Source: Vicugna vicugna
Taxonomy: Eukaryota
Direction of reading: 5' to 3'
DNA: 64,000 nt
Assembly: GCA_013265495.1 (NCBI GenBank)
Contig: MU058213.1
Span: 1,178,001 to 1,242,000 of the forward strand
Part shown: one piece after another, positions 51,096-64,000 of the stretch
Numbering within the stretch: position 1 is the first letter of the stretch
Layout of the letters: each line of letters opens with the position of its first letter
Position numbers and translations under genes: made by a program
Notes under the pieces: generated by a model
What the model saw: the letters and a program-made list of their open reading frames with translations, nothing else
Told to the model about the DNA's origin: nothing
The model's database searches: none

Positions 51096-51104
51096 CGGGG
51101 CCCA

Positions 51105-51320
51105 GTGATGGTGTGGGGGAGGAGGTGGTGTCGGGGGGAGGACATGGTGTGAGGGGAGATGTGGTGGTACTGTGGGAGGGGAGGAGGAGGCGGCATGGTG
51201 GGGGGAGGAGGCAATGGGGGGGAGATGGCAGCAGTCGTCGGGGAGAGGGAGGTGGTGGTGGTGTGGATGGTGGGTGAGCAGTTGTGGGAAGTGAGATGGG
51301 AAAGGTTGTTGTGGTACAGA
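51105..51320 (+). repeat. G-rich low-complexity tract (degenerate GGA/GGT)
   Basis: Many G runs, e.g. ggtgtgggggaggaggtggtgtcggggggagg. Confidence 0.8.
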
Positions 51321-53594
51321 AGAGGTGGGACCCAGGTATTCCTCAGGCACAGACCGGGAGGACATCAGGGAATCACACCAGCTCTCACTCCCCATGCTCC
51401 CTCAAACTGCCCTTTCTGTGTGATTCTAGACTCTCATCTCATCTCAGTTCTCCCACAAACTCCATCTTCTCTCGTTTGTTCTGTGCTCCGTCTGGCACAG
51501 GCTGAACCTGAGACAGAACAGTGAGCTGAGAATCCTGCTGAATGAAAGAATTTTCATACCCCTGTGATACTTGCCTCGTCCTCTCGCTGGCCATTCATGC
51601 CCACACGCACACATTTCCTAAGCACAGCTCCAAGCTTTCTGAGACTCTCGAAAAGACACAGACCACCTGACCCTTAACTCCATAAAGCTCTTTCCCTGCA
51701 TCACAGCTTCCAAAGAACCAGTGGAAAGAAAATCTGCTGCCTCACACCTGCTCCTTCAGTTAGTAAGGAAAGGTCATGTGACTCTGTTCTGAAAGGCTGG
51801 TTTAGAAATTCTGATTTTTAAATTCCTAAACTTCTGTTAATGCCTGGTCCTTTGGGTTTTTATTGCATCAGTATCTCTCATCTAAAAAAGAGCCCTTCAA
51901 TAGTTTGGGCCTTAATAATTAGAAATGCATGATATCGATGCCATAGTTATGATGTTGATTCTGCAAAACAGTCAAAACAAATGGCAGACCTGATGAATCA
52001 CATGCTTATTATGCATTATTACCTCATACAGGCCTATTGTGAATTGTAAGTCTTAGTATATTGATCCTGTTTCTTTAATTAATAGCCATATATAATACTT
52101 TATAATAGTCACAGCAATTGAAAGTTATAAAATGGAACTTCTTCAAAAATAACCTACCATTTTGACTTTTTGCTAAGTCATCAGACGTTTTCCACAGTTA
52201 ATTTCAAATTAGTGGTTTTCCTTGTTTGCGTTTCTGGAAAGTTGTCTGTAGAGTCAATTGCAAATGCCATTCTCCCAAAGACATGTGTACTATACAACTG
52301 GCCCCACAAGGGCCCAGAAAGCCTGAGAGGAAAGCCCTTTGTGGCTACTCTGTCAAGATGTTCAAGGACCTTGACCCTCTGACCCCAACCACCTTTCCTA
52401 TCTCACTACCCACAACTGCCCACCCATCATCCACACTGAGCCACAATGCTCTGAAGTCAGTCCTAAATACACTGTGAGTGAATGTTCACACCTCTGTTCC
52501 TTTGCTCAAGCTATTTCCTCACCCAGAATGCCCTTCCTTCTCTTTCTTTTCCATACAAAAGTTCCCTTGTGTCATCAAGGCCCAGCTCAGGCATCTCATT
52601 TTCTATTAGGCCTTCTCCTTCCCCTCTCTCATCTGGGGAGGATTGTCTCCTGTGTCCTTAGAGCTCCCCAGATAATTAGTTATTACCTATCCATCTCTCT
52701 TACTAGACAACAAGTTCCATAAGAGTAGATCATAGGTTATTTCTTTGGCAGATCCAGCATCCTTGTTGGATAAATAAGTTGGATGTGGCTGCCTAGACAA
52801 TGGAGACATCTAAGACACAAATCCTTATCTTTTGAAAATGGGTACGTATAATGAAGTCCCATGAGATCTCCTAAACCCTTTCACTGGGTGATTATTTTGA
52901 AGCAGTTTAATGGCACTGTGGGGGATATTTCTGAATTGTCATTGAGAAGGTAGTGAAGGGGGGTGGCACTGGGGCCCTGGTAAAGGAAGCTGGTATTGTC
53001 ACCACTCCTGTGCTTGAGTCAGAAGGTGGTTCAGGGCCAGGTAGGGATAAGGCTGGAGTAACACAGCTGGAAGAGCAGAAGGTGTGGAGGGGCTGGATTT
53101 GAGCTGGGGCATTGAAATGAGCTGGGAATAGGACCACCCAGATGAGGTGCCCAGGCAGGGGGCACTGGGTATCAGAAGGCAGAGAGATACTGTCTGCATC
53201 TGTTCTTGTTAAGTCTGGTTTAATCGGTCCATATATGTCTTAGTCAAACAGAGTTGATAAGGATCTGATTTGTGGATAATGTCAGCAAATATCCACAAAG
53301 AGTCTATATGGTAGAAACCATAACAATAAATTAATGAGATGATCCCAGGGGAAATGTTCTTGGAGAAATTAAGTTAAAATTCAAAGGATGAAGGGCTCAG
53401 ATGAAGAATGCCTTATAAATAAGGTGAAACCAAACACCATTTTGTGTCTTTTTTTCTGGCAACTGCCAGGTCTTGGACTTTTTGTACAACCTCTGGCTTT
53501 TGGTGCCCTGGACTCCTGGGTAAGAGGTGTCATTCTCTCTCCCTGGGTTTCAGGGCTGGCCTGAATTCTGCAGTGGGGGAGGCTGGAAGGAACC

Positions 53595-54280
53595 TCAGAA
53601 GTTCTTAGCCTTGGCTATAAATTGCAATCACCTGAGAAACTTCAAAAACACTGATGCCTGGGACCTATCTCCAGAGTTACTTACTTATTTAGTCTAGCAA
53701 AGGCCTGAGCCTAGGATATTTTAAAGGTCCCTGGGTGATTCTAACACATAGCCAAGGCTGAGAGCCACTGTTCTGAATCCGTACTTCTCAAACTGGAGTG
53801 CACAAACTCGGGTTGTTAGGATGAATATTTTGACCCAGCAGGTCTGGGTAGAGCCTAAGATTCTGCACATTTAACAAGCTCCCAAGTGATGCTCAGTTGC
53901 TGGTCCAGGACGGCACTTGGAGTAACCAGGGTCTAGAGTCCAGAGCAGAAACGCTAAAGTGTGAGTCAAATACACCAGCATCACCTGGGCACATGGAGGG
54001 AGGCTTGTTCAAAATGCACATTTCAGAACCCCATCCTATCCTTACTGAATCAGATTCTCAGAGAGAATGGGATTCACAAACATTTTAAACAAGCTTCCCA
54101 GGTAATTTAGAATAAAGTTGAAGTGCCACCTGCTCCTAGACCAGTATTTCAGAACTTGCCAAGGTCAGAAGAAGCACCCCACACACACTTGTCAAAAATT
54201 CAGACCAGCTGAATCAGAATTTTAGGTGTGGCCTGGGAATCTGTATTTTAAGAACACCAGGTGATCCCTTTGATTTCAGG
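53595..54280. mobile_element. Tandem array of about four MER5-type hAT-Charlie MITEs
   Basis: Repeated motifs aatcacctg, tactgaatcaga, tttaacaagctcccaagtgatgct, ccaggtgat; units ~53597-53770, 53778-53930, 53940-54130, 54140-54280. Confidence 0.75.
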
Positions 54281-55049
54281 TTTAGAAGATCTTGGTGGGG
54301 ATCTTCCACTGAGGCTGGGGAAGGTCCAGGTCACCTTTTCCCCTCTCTCCACCATGAAACTGTCCCTGTAAAATCCAAGGATACTGGCTGTCATAGACAG
54401 TGTGCAGAGGAAAAGAAGCAGATATGTGGCGGGCTGGGGCAGGCCCCGAGGTGGAAGCATCCACAGTGATCAGTGCTGGAGGCAGAGGGTTTCCTTCTGT
54501 GATTCTCAGGAAAGAAGAAGTTGGGTGAGAACAGGAAGGAAGGATCAGATTAACAGCTGTGAGCCTGGTAGAACCTCCTAATGCCTAATGCTCAGGGCTG
54601 AGGGGTAGCAGCTGCAGAACTGAAGGGCACCCCCTCTGGCAAGTGAGGGTACTTCACCCCGACGCCTCCGCCTTCCTCCCAATTAGCCCCCGAGCTGGCA
54701 CAGGAGTAGAAAAAAGTGGGGGGCCTTATATTCTTTACATCACACTTTCACACCCAAGCTAAGGGAAGGACCCTGATTAGTCCAAACTGGACCTGTTTTA
54801 TGGCTGTTACATTTAGGACACGTTTAAAGTATTATTTTACATAATAACACGTGGGATGAAGGCACACACACATACACACAGCACAAACCCATGCTGCATA
54901 TTTTGGGCTGTGCTTTAGCATGCTTTTCAGCCATGTCAAGAATCTGTAAGAACACAGATTACTGGGCTCTACCCCAGAGTTTCGAATCAGTAGGATTTCT
55001 AACAAGTTTCCAAGTGATGCTGGGCTTACATACAGGGGAAGAACTGAAA

Positions 55050-56027
55050 ATGAATACTAGTGAAAAAATATTAGCAGGTTTATTTTATGGGTGTGGGTGA
55101 GCAATTTTGAAATTATCTTAGATATATTACAGGATTGAGCAAATGAATAACTGTGTGTGTGGGTTGTGGGGGTTGGTGGGGATATGGTATTGGGTGCCAG
55201 GTTTCTCACTGTAAAGGAAGGGACATATAATTATGGAATAAAGATAGGCAAGAAAAAATCTTATGGGGATATATTGCAATCATGAGGTAATGGTGTGAAC
55301 TCATGATTTTTAAAGTATGTCTGTCAGCATGTTTATATGCACATGCGTTTATGTATGTCTGAGTGCATATGTATACTTGTGTTTGTGTGTATGTGTGTAA
55401 ATATGCATGCATTTTTTTTCCTGGATTTTTCTGAGGGAGCTAAAAATAGTCACCGTAGCAGACATGAGCACACCTAGTGCCCAGTCCTTCTTGATCTCTA
55501 ATACCATTCTTCACCGATATAAACCAGGGCTCATCATAGAAGGGGCAGATTCTAGGGCTGGGGTAGGGTAGGCGGGATGAGCTTGAGTCATCTTATTATG
55601 ATGCCAGAAGTTTAAAAAGAAAAAAAAAGAAGAGAAAAAAGAAAGATGGAAGCATGTCACAAGAACACAGGAGCCAGATTAAAGCAGCTCTCACTGGTCA
55701 AATCTGAGGCAGTATGGGCATCAAAATAGGAAAGGACAGCCTCGATTATAAACCCCTCGGAGGAGAGGAATGCATGAGTACACCAGTAACACATGATAGG
55801 TAAACGAGAGAGAAGGGGCTCATGCTCACAGGAGAGAGCCGAGCTGACTGTCCGCAAGGCAGGAGTGCTGGAGGTGGAAAATCATTTTGAAACCTTCGCG
55901 ATGAAGAGTAGGTCAGGCAAGAATCAATAGATGCTAAATCTATGGGGAATTTTTATGAGAAGTAGATATTTGCATGATCTTAAAGTATCTCCCCATAGAT
56001 TGCTTATTAGTTGTGTGTGTGTGTATC

Positions 56028-56062
<35 letters not shown>

Positions 56063-56790
56063 AAGTGATTATACAGCGGAGAAATTAGGCAACACCTTAA
56101 CCGGTGATCAAAATTAACTCACCAGTAAAGTGAGAGACAGACAGACTTCATGGGCCTCCAGATGTGGTCCCCTGAGAAGGACACTCCTCACCCATTCAGC
56201 TTTCTGGGCAAGAAAGCACCACCTCAATCTAACCACGAGGAAACGTCAGATAAACACAAAATGAGAAATATCTTTTTTTAAAAGTGGGGACTGTATTCTT
56301 CAAACACATCAGTGTTATAAAAGGTAAAAAAACAAAACAAAACAAAATAAAACAAAAACTGCTGTGGAAATGTTTAAAGAAAAAAAGAGATATGACAGCT
56401 TAAGCCCAACTGGATCCTGCACTGGAGGCAAGCAATGCATTGAGGGACATTGCTGGGTCAACGGACAGAAGTGAACTGTGGCCACATAAGGGTCTATCCC
56501 TGCTCTTGGAAATACACTCCTAAGTACGTAAGGGTGAGGGGCATGATGTATGGAACAAACTCTGAAATGGTTCATGAAAAAATGTCTGTGCACTTGAGAG
56601 ACAGGGAGAGAGGGCAAGCAAGCACGTGTGCACAGATGATAAAGCAAACGGGGCAAAATGTTAACAGTTGGTCAGCTGGTGGGGTAAATGTTATATGGAT
56701 GTTCTTTGTACCATTTTATTTTTGTACCTTTTGTGAAAATTTTGAAAAAAATGTCCAAATGAAAAATTTTAAAATCATGCTTTGAATAGC
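55050..56790 (+). mobile_element. Old L1MC-type 3'UTR
   Basis: gatgctaaatcta...gatatttgcatgatcttaaagtatctcccc...aaatacactcctaagta...gcatgatgt. Confidence 0.72.
56012..56062. repeat. Compound (TG)n(AG)n microsatellite
   Basis: Read directly from the sequence. Confidence 0.92.
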
Positions 56791-57969
56791 ATTTAATAAC
56801 ACTGAAATAAGTTTGATTGTCAATTCTTTAAATGAGCTCAATTTTGTGATAAATAAAAATTTTAAATGTCTCTTATTTTTGTACTTTTAGAAAGCTAGAA
56901 GGAGGCAAACCAACAACATACAAACAGGTATCATATCTGGGTTATGGATGATTTGATTCTGTTGTATTGGTTATCATGTTTCATGTTTTCCAAAGTTTCT
57001 ACATTAAGCATTATTACTTTAATAATTAGAGAAAAATTATTTCTGAAAGAGGAAAATAGATATCCAGTAAAGTTTCATATAGCATTGCTGACTACTATCT
57101 CACTGATTAATAAAAGCAAAAACAAAACCAAACAAGAAAACCTGAAATCACTGAAATGTCCAAATGATAGAAAAGGTTGTTAGAGAGGTTATGTAAATTA
57201 TGATATGTCTAAAATATTATATAGTCATAAAGATTTATGTTTACCCAATCAATTCATGGACCAACCTAAGTGTCCAAAAATAGGGGATTGGATAAATAAT
57301 AACATAGCTGTAAAACACAAAATGTGCAGAATGTTTTCTGACCTGGAGTGCTCCGAGAGCAGAGAGCGGGCTTTTACCTCTTTGCTGTCTTGCAGACCGT
57401 AAACATCCTGTCTGCACATATCTGCTGAATGAGTAAACGCCACACGTGAGGCATTTGGGAGGGGGCAGGGATGGTGGAATTACCAGGGTTTTTTCTTGTC
57501 TCCATTATTCTTTGATGTATTTTAAAATATTCTATCATAAATTTAATAACATGGGATTTTTAATTTAAAAAGTTATAGCATGTATGTATCATCTCATTGA
57601 GAAAGGATTGCAAAGATATTCACAAAAAATGGGGGGGTTATCTCTGTGCAGGGGTGTTATGGGTGATTCTTGTCATCTTTTTTCTTGATTAGTAGTAATA
57701 CTTTTACTTTTAAAAGTTATTTTAAAAAAGGATTGGAATTATAAAGTAAATTACAAAAATAAGATAAAAGGTACTTGGACATGGTAAGCATGCAACAATG
57801 GTAAGAAAATATTTACTAGGGCCATGTCAGGACAAAAGTAGGATCCAAAATTGTATATACACAGTATGACAATGAACTCAGAAAAAATCTCCACCTTTGT
57901 GTTGAAGGCAATGCTCTCAGGTTATACAGTGGTTGGCTCTATGTCACTTGCGTTGTATTACTTTAAAAT

Positions 57970-58135
57970 AGGGACGCTGTACTGTAGAGCACAGGGAACT
58001 ATATTCAATACCTTGTAATAGCCTAGAATGAAAAAGAATATGAAATGGAATATATATATACGTATAACTGAATCACTATGCTGTACACTAGAAATAAACG
58101 CAACATTGTAATCTGACTACACTTTAATTAAAAAG
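57970..58135 (+). mobile_element. Short L1 3' tail, same family as 2079-2192 and 4393-4575
   Basis: tactgtagagcacagggaactatattcaataccttgtaatagcc...gtataactgaatcactatgctgtacac...aacattgtaa. Confidence 0.85.
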
Positions 58136-60294
58136 ATGCGAGTAAAGCCATCATTAAACAAAAATCCTGATGTTTTAATCATGTAGACATTAATATAGAA
58201 TTAAAAATTAAAATTTCCTAGTAATTGCATGCACACATATTATCAAATTCCAAACAATACAGAAGATTAACCTAATTACTGGAATTGTTTCAGGCCAGAG
58301 TGGCCTTAATTGTATAAATCTGTTTTGAGAATAAATCTATGACTTTATTTTTAATTTTGTGGGTTTAGCTTTGTAATTTTTGTTTTACTATATCAGACAT
58401 AATTCCATAATCATAAAAAAAAGTTTTTATTCTGAAAGAAACCTGGTGAAATCACTTATATAAAAGATCCATTTGACTTGAAAAACAATAGGGAGGCTAG
58501 GTGGGAGATAGAATGTATTTTATCAGTTTAGATTTTGAACAACATGCATACATAGAGTTGTCCTTTGTAAGAGAGCTGGTAAAGGGACTGCCACTGAAGC
58601 ACGTGAAACCGTTTTCAGTATACCCAGAAGAGTGGTCACTCTGTGCAACGCTTTCATTGCTTAGATATTTGTACCAGGCAGTTCTTTGCTAGGCATGAAA
58701 AAATATATATATAACTGTCAGTCAAAAGAGCAGAATTAAAGGAAGCAAGAGGCATTTACTTTTTTCCCTACAAAGTTATTGTCTAGGAGATGGAAGAGGC
58801 TCTTGATTATTTTAACACACACACACTCAAACACAACCACACATGCACACCCATGCTCACACACTAGAAAAGCCACAGGTTATCTCTGAAGAGTACGTGA
58901 GAAACTGGTAGCAGGAGTTGCCAACAGGGGAGGGGAACTGGGTAATGAAGAAATACATTAGGAGGAAAACTTGGTTTTCTCTGTGTACATTTTCATGTTC
59001 TTTAACTTTTAAAAAATAATGTGCACATAGCAGATTTCCAAAAATGAACATGTATTAATTAAAAACAATTCTTTTTTGAAAGTTGGGATTCATGGAGCAA
59101 ACATGAAAACTAAATTAGGGAAAAGTAAAATGTGCTTTCTTATGAGAATACTCTTGACTTGGCATGGTTAGTTCCCATCCCCGAATGACTTGAAAGTGAC
59201 TAAATCCAAGACTTGCCAACACTGTCTGCCCCCACAGGTCTGTGCTCACCCCTCCTCTCCTGCTGTCTTTGCTTACAGGCAGAAGGCTCCTGACCTACCA
59301 TTGCTGGGGGCTACTTTTGCCTCTCTGCTCTCAGGAATAGAGGTGAGCTAACTGTTTACACTGGGTCTTCATGGCTCCTGTGTGCCCAACCACAGGCAGG
59401 TGGCTGGAATGAGGGGGCCATCACTGCCCACCAACACCGGGAAGCAAAAGTCAGACCCAAGGGCCTGACCCCACAATCTTCATCTCATTAGCATCATACT
59501 AACATCATGTCACCCCATTATGTGACACGTTCTTATGAGGCAGAGACAATCTACCTGATTTTACATCTCTCATCTGTGCAGAGGCCAGAGAGTCCACTTC
59601 TCTTCAGAATATGCATCAGAGTGTGGGCAATTCTGAAAAGTTATATTTTGTATTTACATCTACATAGTAACTTCACGGTTAAAAGTGCATCCAAGCACCC
59701 AGCTTCTCAAGTCAGAACCACAGGGGTCAATTCTGCTTTCATTTTTGCCCTCCATGATGTCTTCATGATTTTACTTTAGAAATAGCTTTCAAATTTTGCC
59801 CACCCACTTCCTCCACCTCTGCTGACAATGACATACAACCAGACCCTCATAATCTATGGCCACCCTCCCTGCTAGCCTCTGCTAGTCCCCTGCTACTGCT
59901 GCCTCTCCTATGTCTCACACCAGACTGGCTTCCAAAAGCACAGATCTGACAACTTCACTCCACTGGAGACCACAGTGCCCCTCAGCTCCTGCTGTCACGG
60001 GGCCACACCCCTTGGATGGCAAAGTCCTTTGTAGTCTCTTTTCAGTCTTCTTTCCAGTTTTCTTCCTGCTCCCACATAACTGTATTCCTACCTATCCCAG
60101 CACTCGTCAGGGACACTGTAAGTGTTCATTTACCTGCACACACCCTCCCGTGAGCTCCCCCAGGATATGGCACACTGTGCCTTTTAGAGGTCCAGCACTG
60201 AACCCAGCGCCTTGCACCCAGGAGGAGCCCCATCAGCATAAGGGTGAATGAAGGCAAGTGGACCTTCTGAATGAGCAATACAGCCATGTGATGA

Positions 60295-60395
60295 TGCGGG
60301 TTCCAAGTCAAGGGTCTGGGATGAAATCTGAGAGTCTGCGCTTCTTACAGGTTCTGCTGCTGGTCTAGGGACCACACTGAGTAGTAAGGACTCAG
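60295..60395. mobile_element. MER5A-like fragment
   Basis: ggtctgggatg...ctgagagtctgc...tgctgctggtctagggaccacactgagtag. Confidence 0.6.
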
Positions 60396-61599
60396 AGAAC
60401 AGTAAAAGTTTTTCAGATGGAGGAGAGTATGGACATAAATATTCCTAGAGGAATCTTGAATTTTTGAGTGAATTTTTGATCTCAGAAGAGATAAAAAGAA
60501 GTAAAATATTATATAATGATATAATTTTTTTATATATACAATGATATTATGTATCATTTAAAATACATTTACATATAAAGCTATGAAACTATAGGTTATT
60601 CCAGAAAAATGGTAAAATAAATAATAAAGGGGCAAAAAATAAGTTATTTGCTCTTAAATTCTCAATATCAGTATTCTAATTCTCAACTGGGAGTTGTATT
60701 AGAATCACCTGGGAGGCTTTTTAACCAGCAAATAGTGTCTCCCCACCTTTCTACCACCAATCTGATTTGCACCCTTAGAGGACTGTGAAACCCTCTGCCC
60801 CCGCCCTCCCCGCCCACTGCCCCCAACTACAGAAAACTACAGCCTTGGAGAATGCTTTTGTTACTGATGGGAAAGTATTGTGTCACTCAGCCGTGCTGGG
60901 GAAGAAACAAGCTTCCAGCTATATAATAATTCAGATCCAAGAAATCTCCTGCAAAGGGTTTCAGCCAGGGTGTCAACATAGGCTGTTCTTCCCTCTGCCT
61001 GAAAACCTCTTCCTCCATTTCTGACCAAGTCCCATTCTTTTTCCAGATCTTCAAAACTGTCCCTTCATCATATGCCAAACTGTTCCTTCTTGGCACAAAA
61101 AAGCAACCAAGAAACAGCTGTTTGTCTTTCTTCCCCATTAGACTGTGAGTTCCAAAGACAAGTCCGCTGTACCTGCCAAACCCAGCTCTGGGCACAGCAC
61201 TGCTATAGCTGGTGCCCAGGAGAATAACAAAAGAAGGCTGCTTTCCATACCTAATGGAATTTCCTCTTTCACTCTTATGCCCTGTCTGCAACTGGCCAAG
61301 GGGAATTCCCAAGAGGGCTGACATTTAGTACAGGGCTAGGAACTGTGTAAACGACAACATAAATGTCCTGAGGTTTGTTTGGTCCAAGTTGTTTGGGTTG
61401 GGGAACCAGACAGAAACAATCTTTTTCCTACCCAGTGTTAAAATTAAATAATGTTTACCTCTTACAAAACATGTACATTTAAGACAGGAAGCAGAGGCAC
61501 AAAATGAACACCGGTGAAGGCAGCACCCAAGAAAAGAACTACAATAGCAGCTGCCCGTGAAGCACAAGGGTGTCCTCTCCTCTTATCTCTGGCCTTTCA

Positions 61600-62200
61600 C
61601 CACCAGAGGTAACCACTCTTAGGAACTTGAGCTCATTACTAATTTGTTTCTACCGCACACTTATGCACCTCTAAACAATAAGTTGTTTAGCGTTGCATGC
61701 TTTCGAGCCTTGTAAAATGGTATTGTTCTGGTGTGATCGTCTATAGCTTGTTCTTTTTTTTTTTTTAATTCAGTATTGTTCCTAAGACTCAGCTATGCTA
61801 GTGTGTATATAGCTGTGGCTCATTCACTTTCATCACAGTACACTACTGCATTATATGAACATATCACCATTTATTCCCACATTCCTCATCAGTGGACATT
61901 GGGATATTTCTGTTTGTCTGTTTGGTTTTTTTTTTTTTCTCTCTCTTACAAACAGTGCTGCTACAAACAGTCCTTGGACTTGTCTTCAGGAACACCTGTG
62001 AGTTTATCTAGAGTATATACCATAGACCTGGCTCAGGTGTGGGTTCAGGTTTCTAAGATAATGCCAAATCTTTTGAAGCAATGATGCCACTTTATGTCCA
62101 CAGCAGCAATGCATGAATCCCTGATGATCTATAGCTTCACCAACAGCTTGTGTTCTGGGGACACAGGAACTGTCAGACTGCAGCATTTTTGTGCCAGAAG
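61600..62200 (-). mobile_element. Old L1ME-type 3' fragment
   Basis: ccagaggtaaccactctt...atgaacatatcaccatttatt...gtggacattggg...tctagagtatatacc. Confidence 0.65.
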
Positions 62201-64000
62201 GCAGCACTCCTGCCTGGACAGGCTCTTTCCTCCTGGCCATCTGACAGAAGAGCCTGATTCAAGACTCTGCCCAAGAGGTGGGCCCCTGGGCCTTATATCT
62301 TGTTGAATCCTGACTTTGGGACAGAGCACTAAATTGAGATAAGAGACTGTCGTGGATATACAGTCATCATAGAAGGCAATCAATCATAGACTGTGGAATG
62401 TAGAAGGACCCTAAGGCCAAATCCTTCACTCTACATTTAAGGAGACAGAGGATCAGAAAGGTTAAATGACTTGACAAGTTCTCAGAAATAATGAGTGCAA
62501 GAACCTGTCTCCAGGGCTCACGATCCTTAGTCTAGTGATTTTTTAAAAGTATGTTTGTTTTAGTAATTTAAGATGGCATAACACAATCTATTAAGTTAAA
62601 AATGACTCTGTAAATACTCAAACAACTGCCAATTTAGTTTTAAAAGGGAGTTGTTTGACTTATGTGATTGACGAACTTGGTAAATGCATCATCTTTCCTC
62701 GTGAAGTAAATAGAAGTAACATTGAATTTCAATGAGATAGAGGAAAGATGCAATTTCCAAAATTTCAGTTTTCAATAGGCAAATTTAACAGTATTAAAGG
62801 ACACCAATCTCCTGGGGAAAATAATCCCCAATCCTTGTCCTTGGATCATCCCCTCAGGCAAATGATAGGTGTGGTCTTAAGAAGCTATTATGTGAGGAAG
62901 GCAAACTTTAGATGCAGTGAAATTTCAATTCCTCCTCTTCTTCTGAGTCCTTATAGTTAAGCTATTGTAAGAGGCTGGGACCTGTTTGTGAATATTAGAG
63001 CAAAACAGCCTCAGTAACCTGCTGGTGTATAATCTCAGATGGCTTTACATGTGAATGTAGAAAAACTCTGACAAGAGACCAACTTGCAGCTGAGGTACTT
63101 AGTGCTCTTCAGAGTGCGCATACCAAGCATGGCATGATCCTGTGCAGAGGAATCTGTCCCCAAGCATCAGAGGCAGTAATAAAGCAACTGGGGAGGGGAG
63201 AAGGACTGCTTCATAGGAAGGGTGTTTGTGTGAAGGAGAGTGCCTTCTGAAGCCTGTGGTGGAAATTTCCACTCTGGAGCTGTTAATTTCAGGAACCCAC
63301 ACCCTCCCTTCCCCAAATGCCTTGCTCATCTCTCCCCCAAGAATCCATTTGCCACTTAAAAATATCTTTTGGTTTAACAATGTCTGCAGGCTGGCAATAA
63401 AAGCTTTCCAAGAGGCATCCCTCTTTTAATGTCAGGATAAAAGTCAGGAGCTGTTTATTACTTTGGGGTGGGGGTGGTGGTGCTTGGAGGGAAAGAACAC
63501 CAAGTAATTCTGCAAAGAATGCTGACCAAACGGTACTGAGGTACTCCTGGTTCAGGTTTTCCTCCCAGCAGTCATTTTAATCAGCACTTCCCCTATTTAA
63601 TGAGCTTGTAGTGCCATTACATAATCACCCAGCTCACTGGATTAATGATGAAAAGAGGAACTGATTTTTCCAGTTGCATCATTTGAAGTAAACGTTAACT
63701 TTCTTTCTGAGTCCTTAGTTAACCGCATTAGTGTGACAAATATGTCTTTGTCTAGCATAAGTAATTAGAATTTAATCACTTTAACTGCATCTTAATTACC
63801 CCAAATGAATTGAAAGGACATTTAATAGCAAAGATTAAATTGCCTTAATGAACGATTTTTGTGACTCCATCAATACTTGAATTGCGTTAGCCACTCTTCT
63901 CACGCACTTCGCTTGCAGTGAGCACGGGGGTCACTAGGTGGCGCGCTTCTCTCGTTTATTTATTTAATTTTCCCCATTGATCTGTTTTAGGAGATAACAG

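Larger units (their letters stand above)
41995..64000 (-). other. ONECUT1: ONECUT1 intron (3' part); exon 1 is outside the window
   Basis: Upstream of the acceptor; no CUT-domain ORF or CpG island in the window. ONECUT1 is known to have one large intron between the CUT and homeodomain exons. Confidence 0.85.

Noticed and set aside
41995..64000. Alternative linker exon like that of the rat HNF-6 beta isoform
   Set aside because: I could not identify a supportable exon by eye; spliced alignment would be needed.

Overview
Mammalian genomic DNA, probably camelid (tRNA-derived SINEs of the camelid Vic-1 type; no Alu, BovB, Bov-tA, PRE-1 or CanSINE recognised). The only protein-coding sequence I can support is the last coding exon of ONECUT1 (HNF6) on the minus strand (41702-41994; linker, atypical homeodomain and C-terminus). 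About 42.0-64.0 kb is its intron, and exon 1 with the CUT domain lies beyond the window's right end. About 34.3-41.7 kb is a transposon-free, AT-rich stretch that looks like a ~7.3-kb 3'UTR. It carries at least 12 miR-9 seed sites, let-7 and miR-124 sites, Pumilio elements and several alternative poly(A) signals. About 1-34 kb is downstream intergenic DNA rich in L1, L2, MIR, LTR and MER relics, with a few enhancer-like unique blocks. Almost all other ORFs in the track are spurious or decayed L1. I found no convincing wholly new system; the most interesting signal is the strand-specific miR-9 cluster partitioned by alternative polyadenylation. Repeat boundaries and subfamily names were judged by eye and are approximate.
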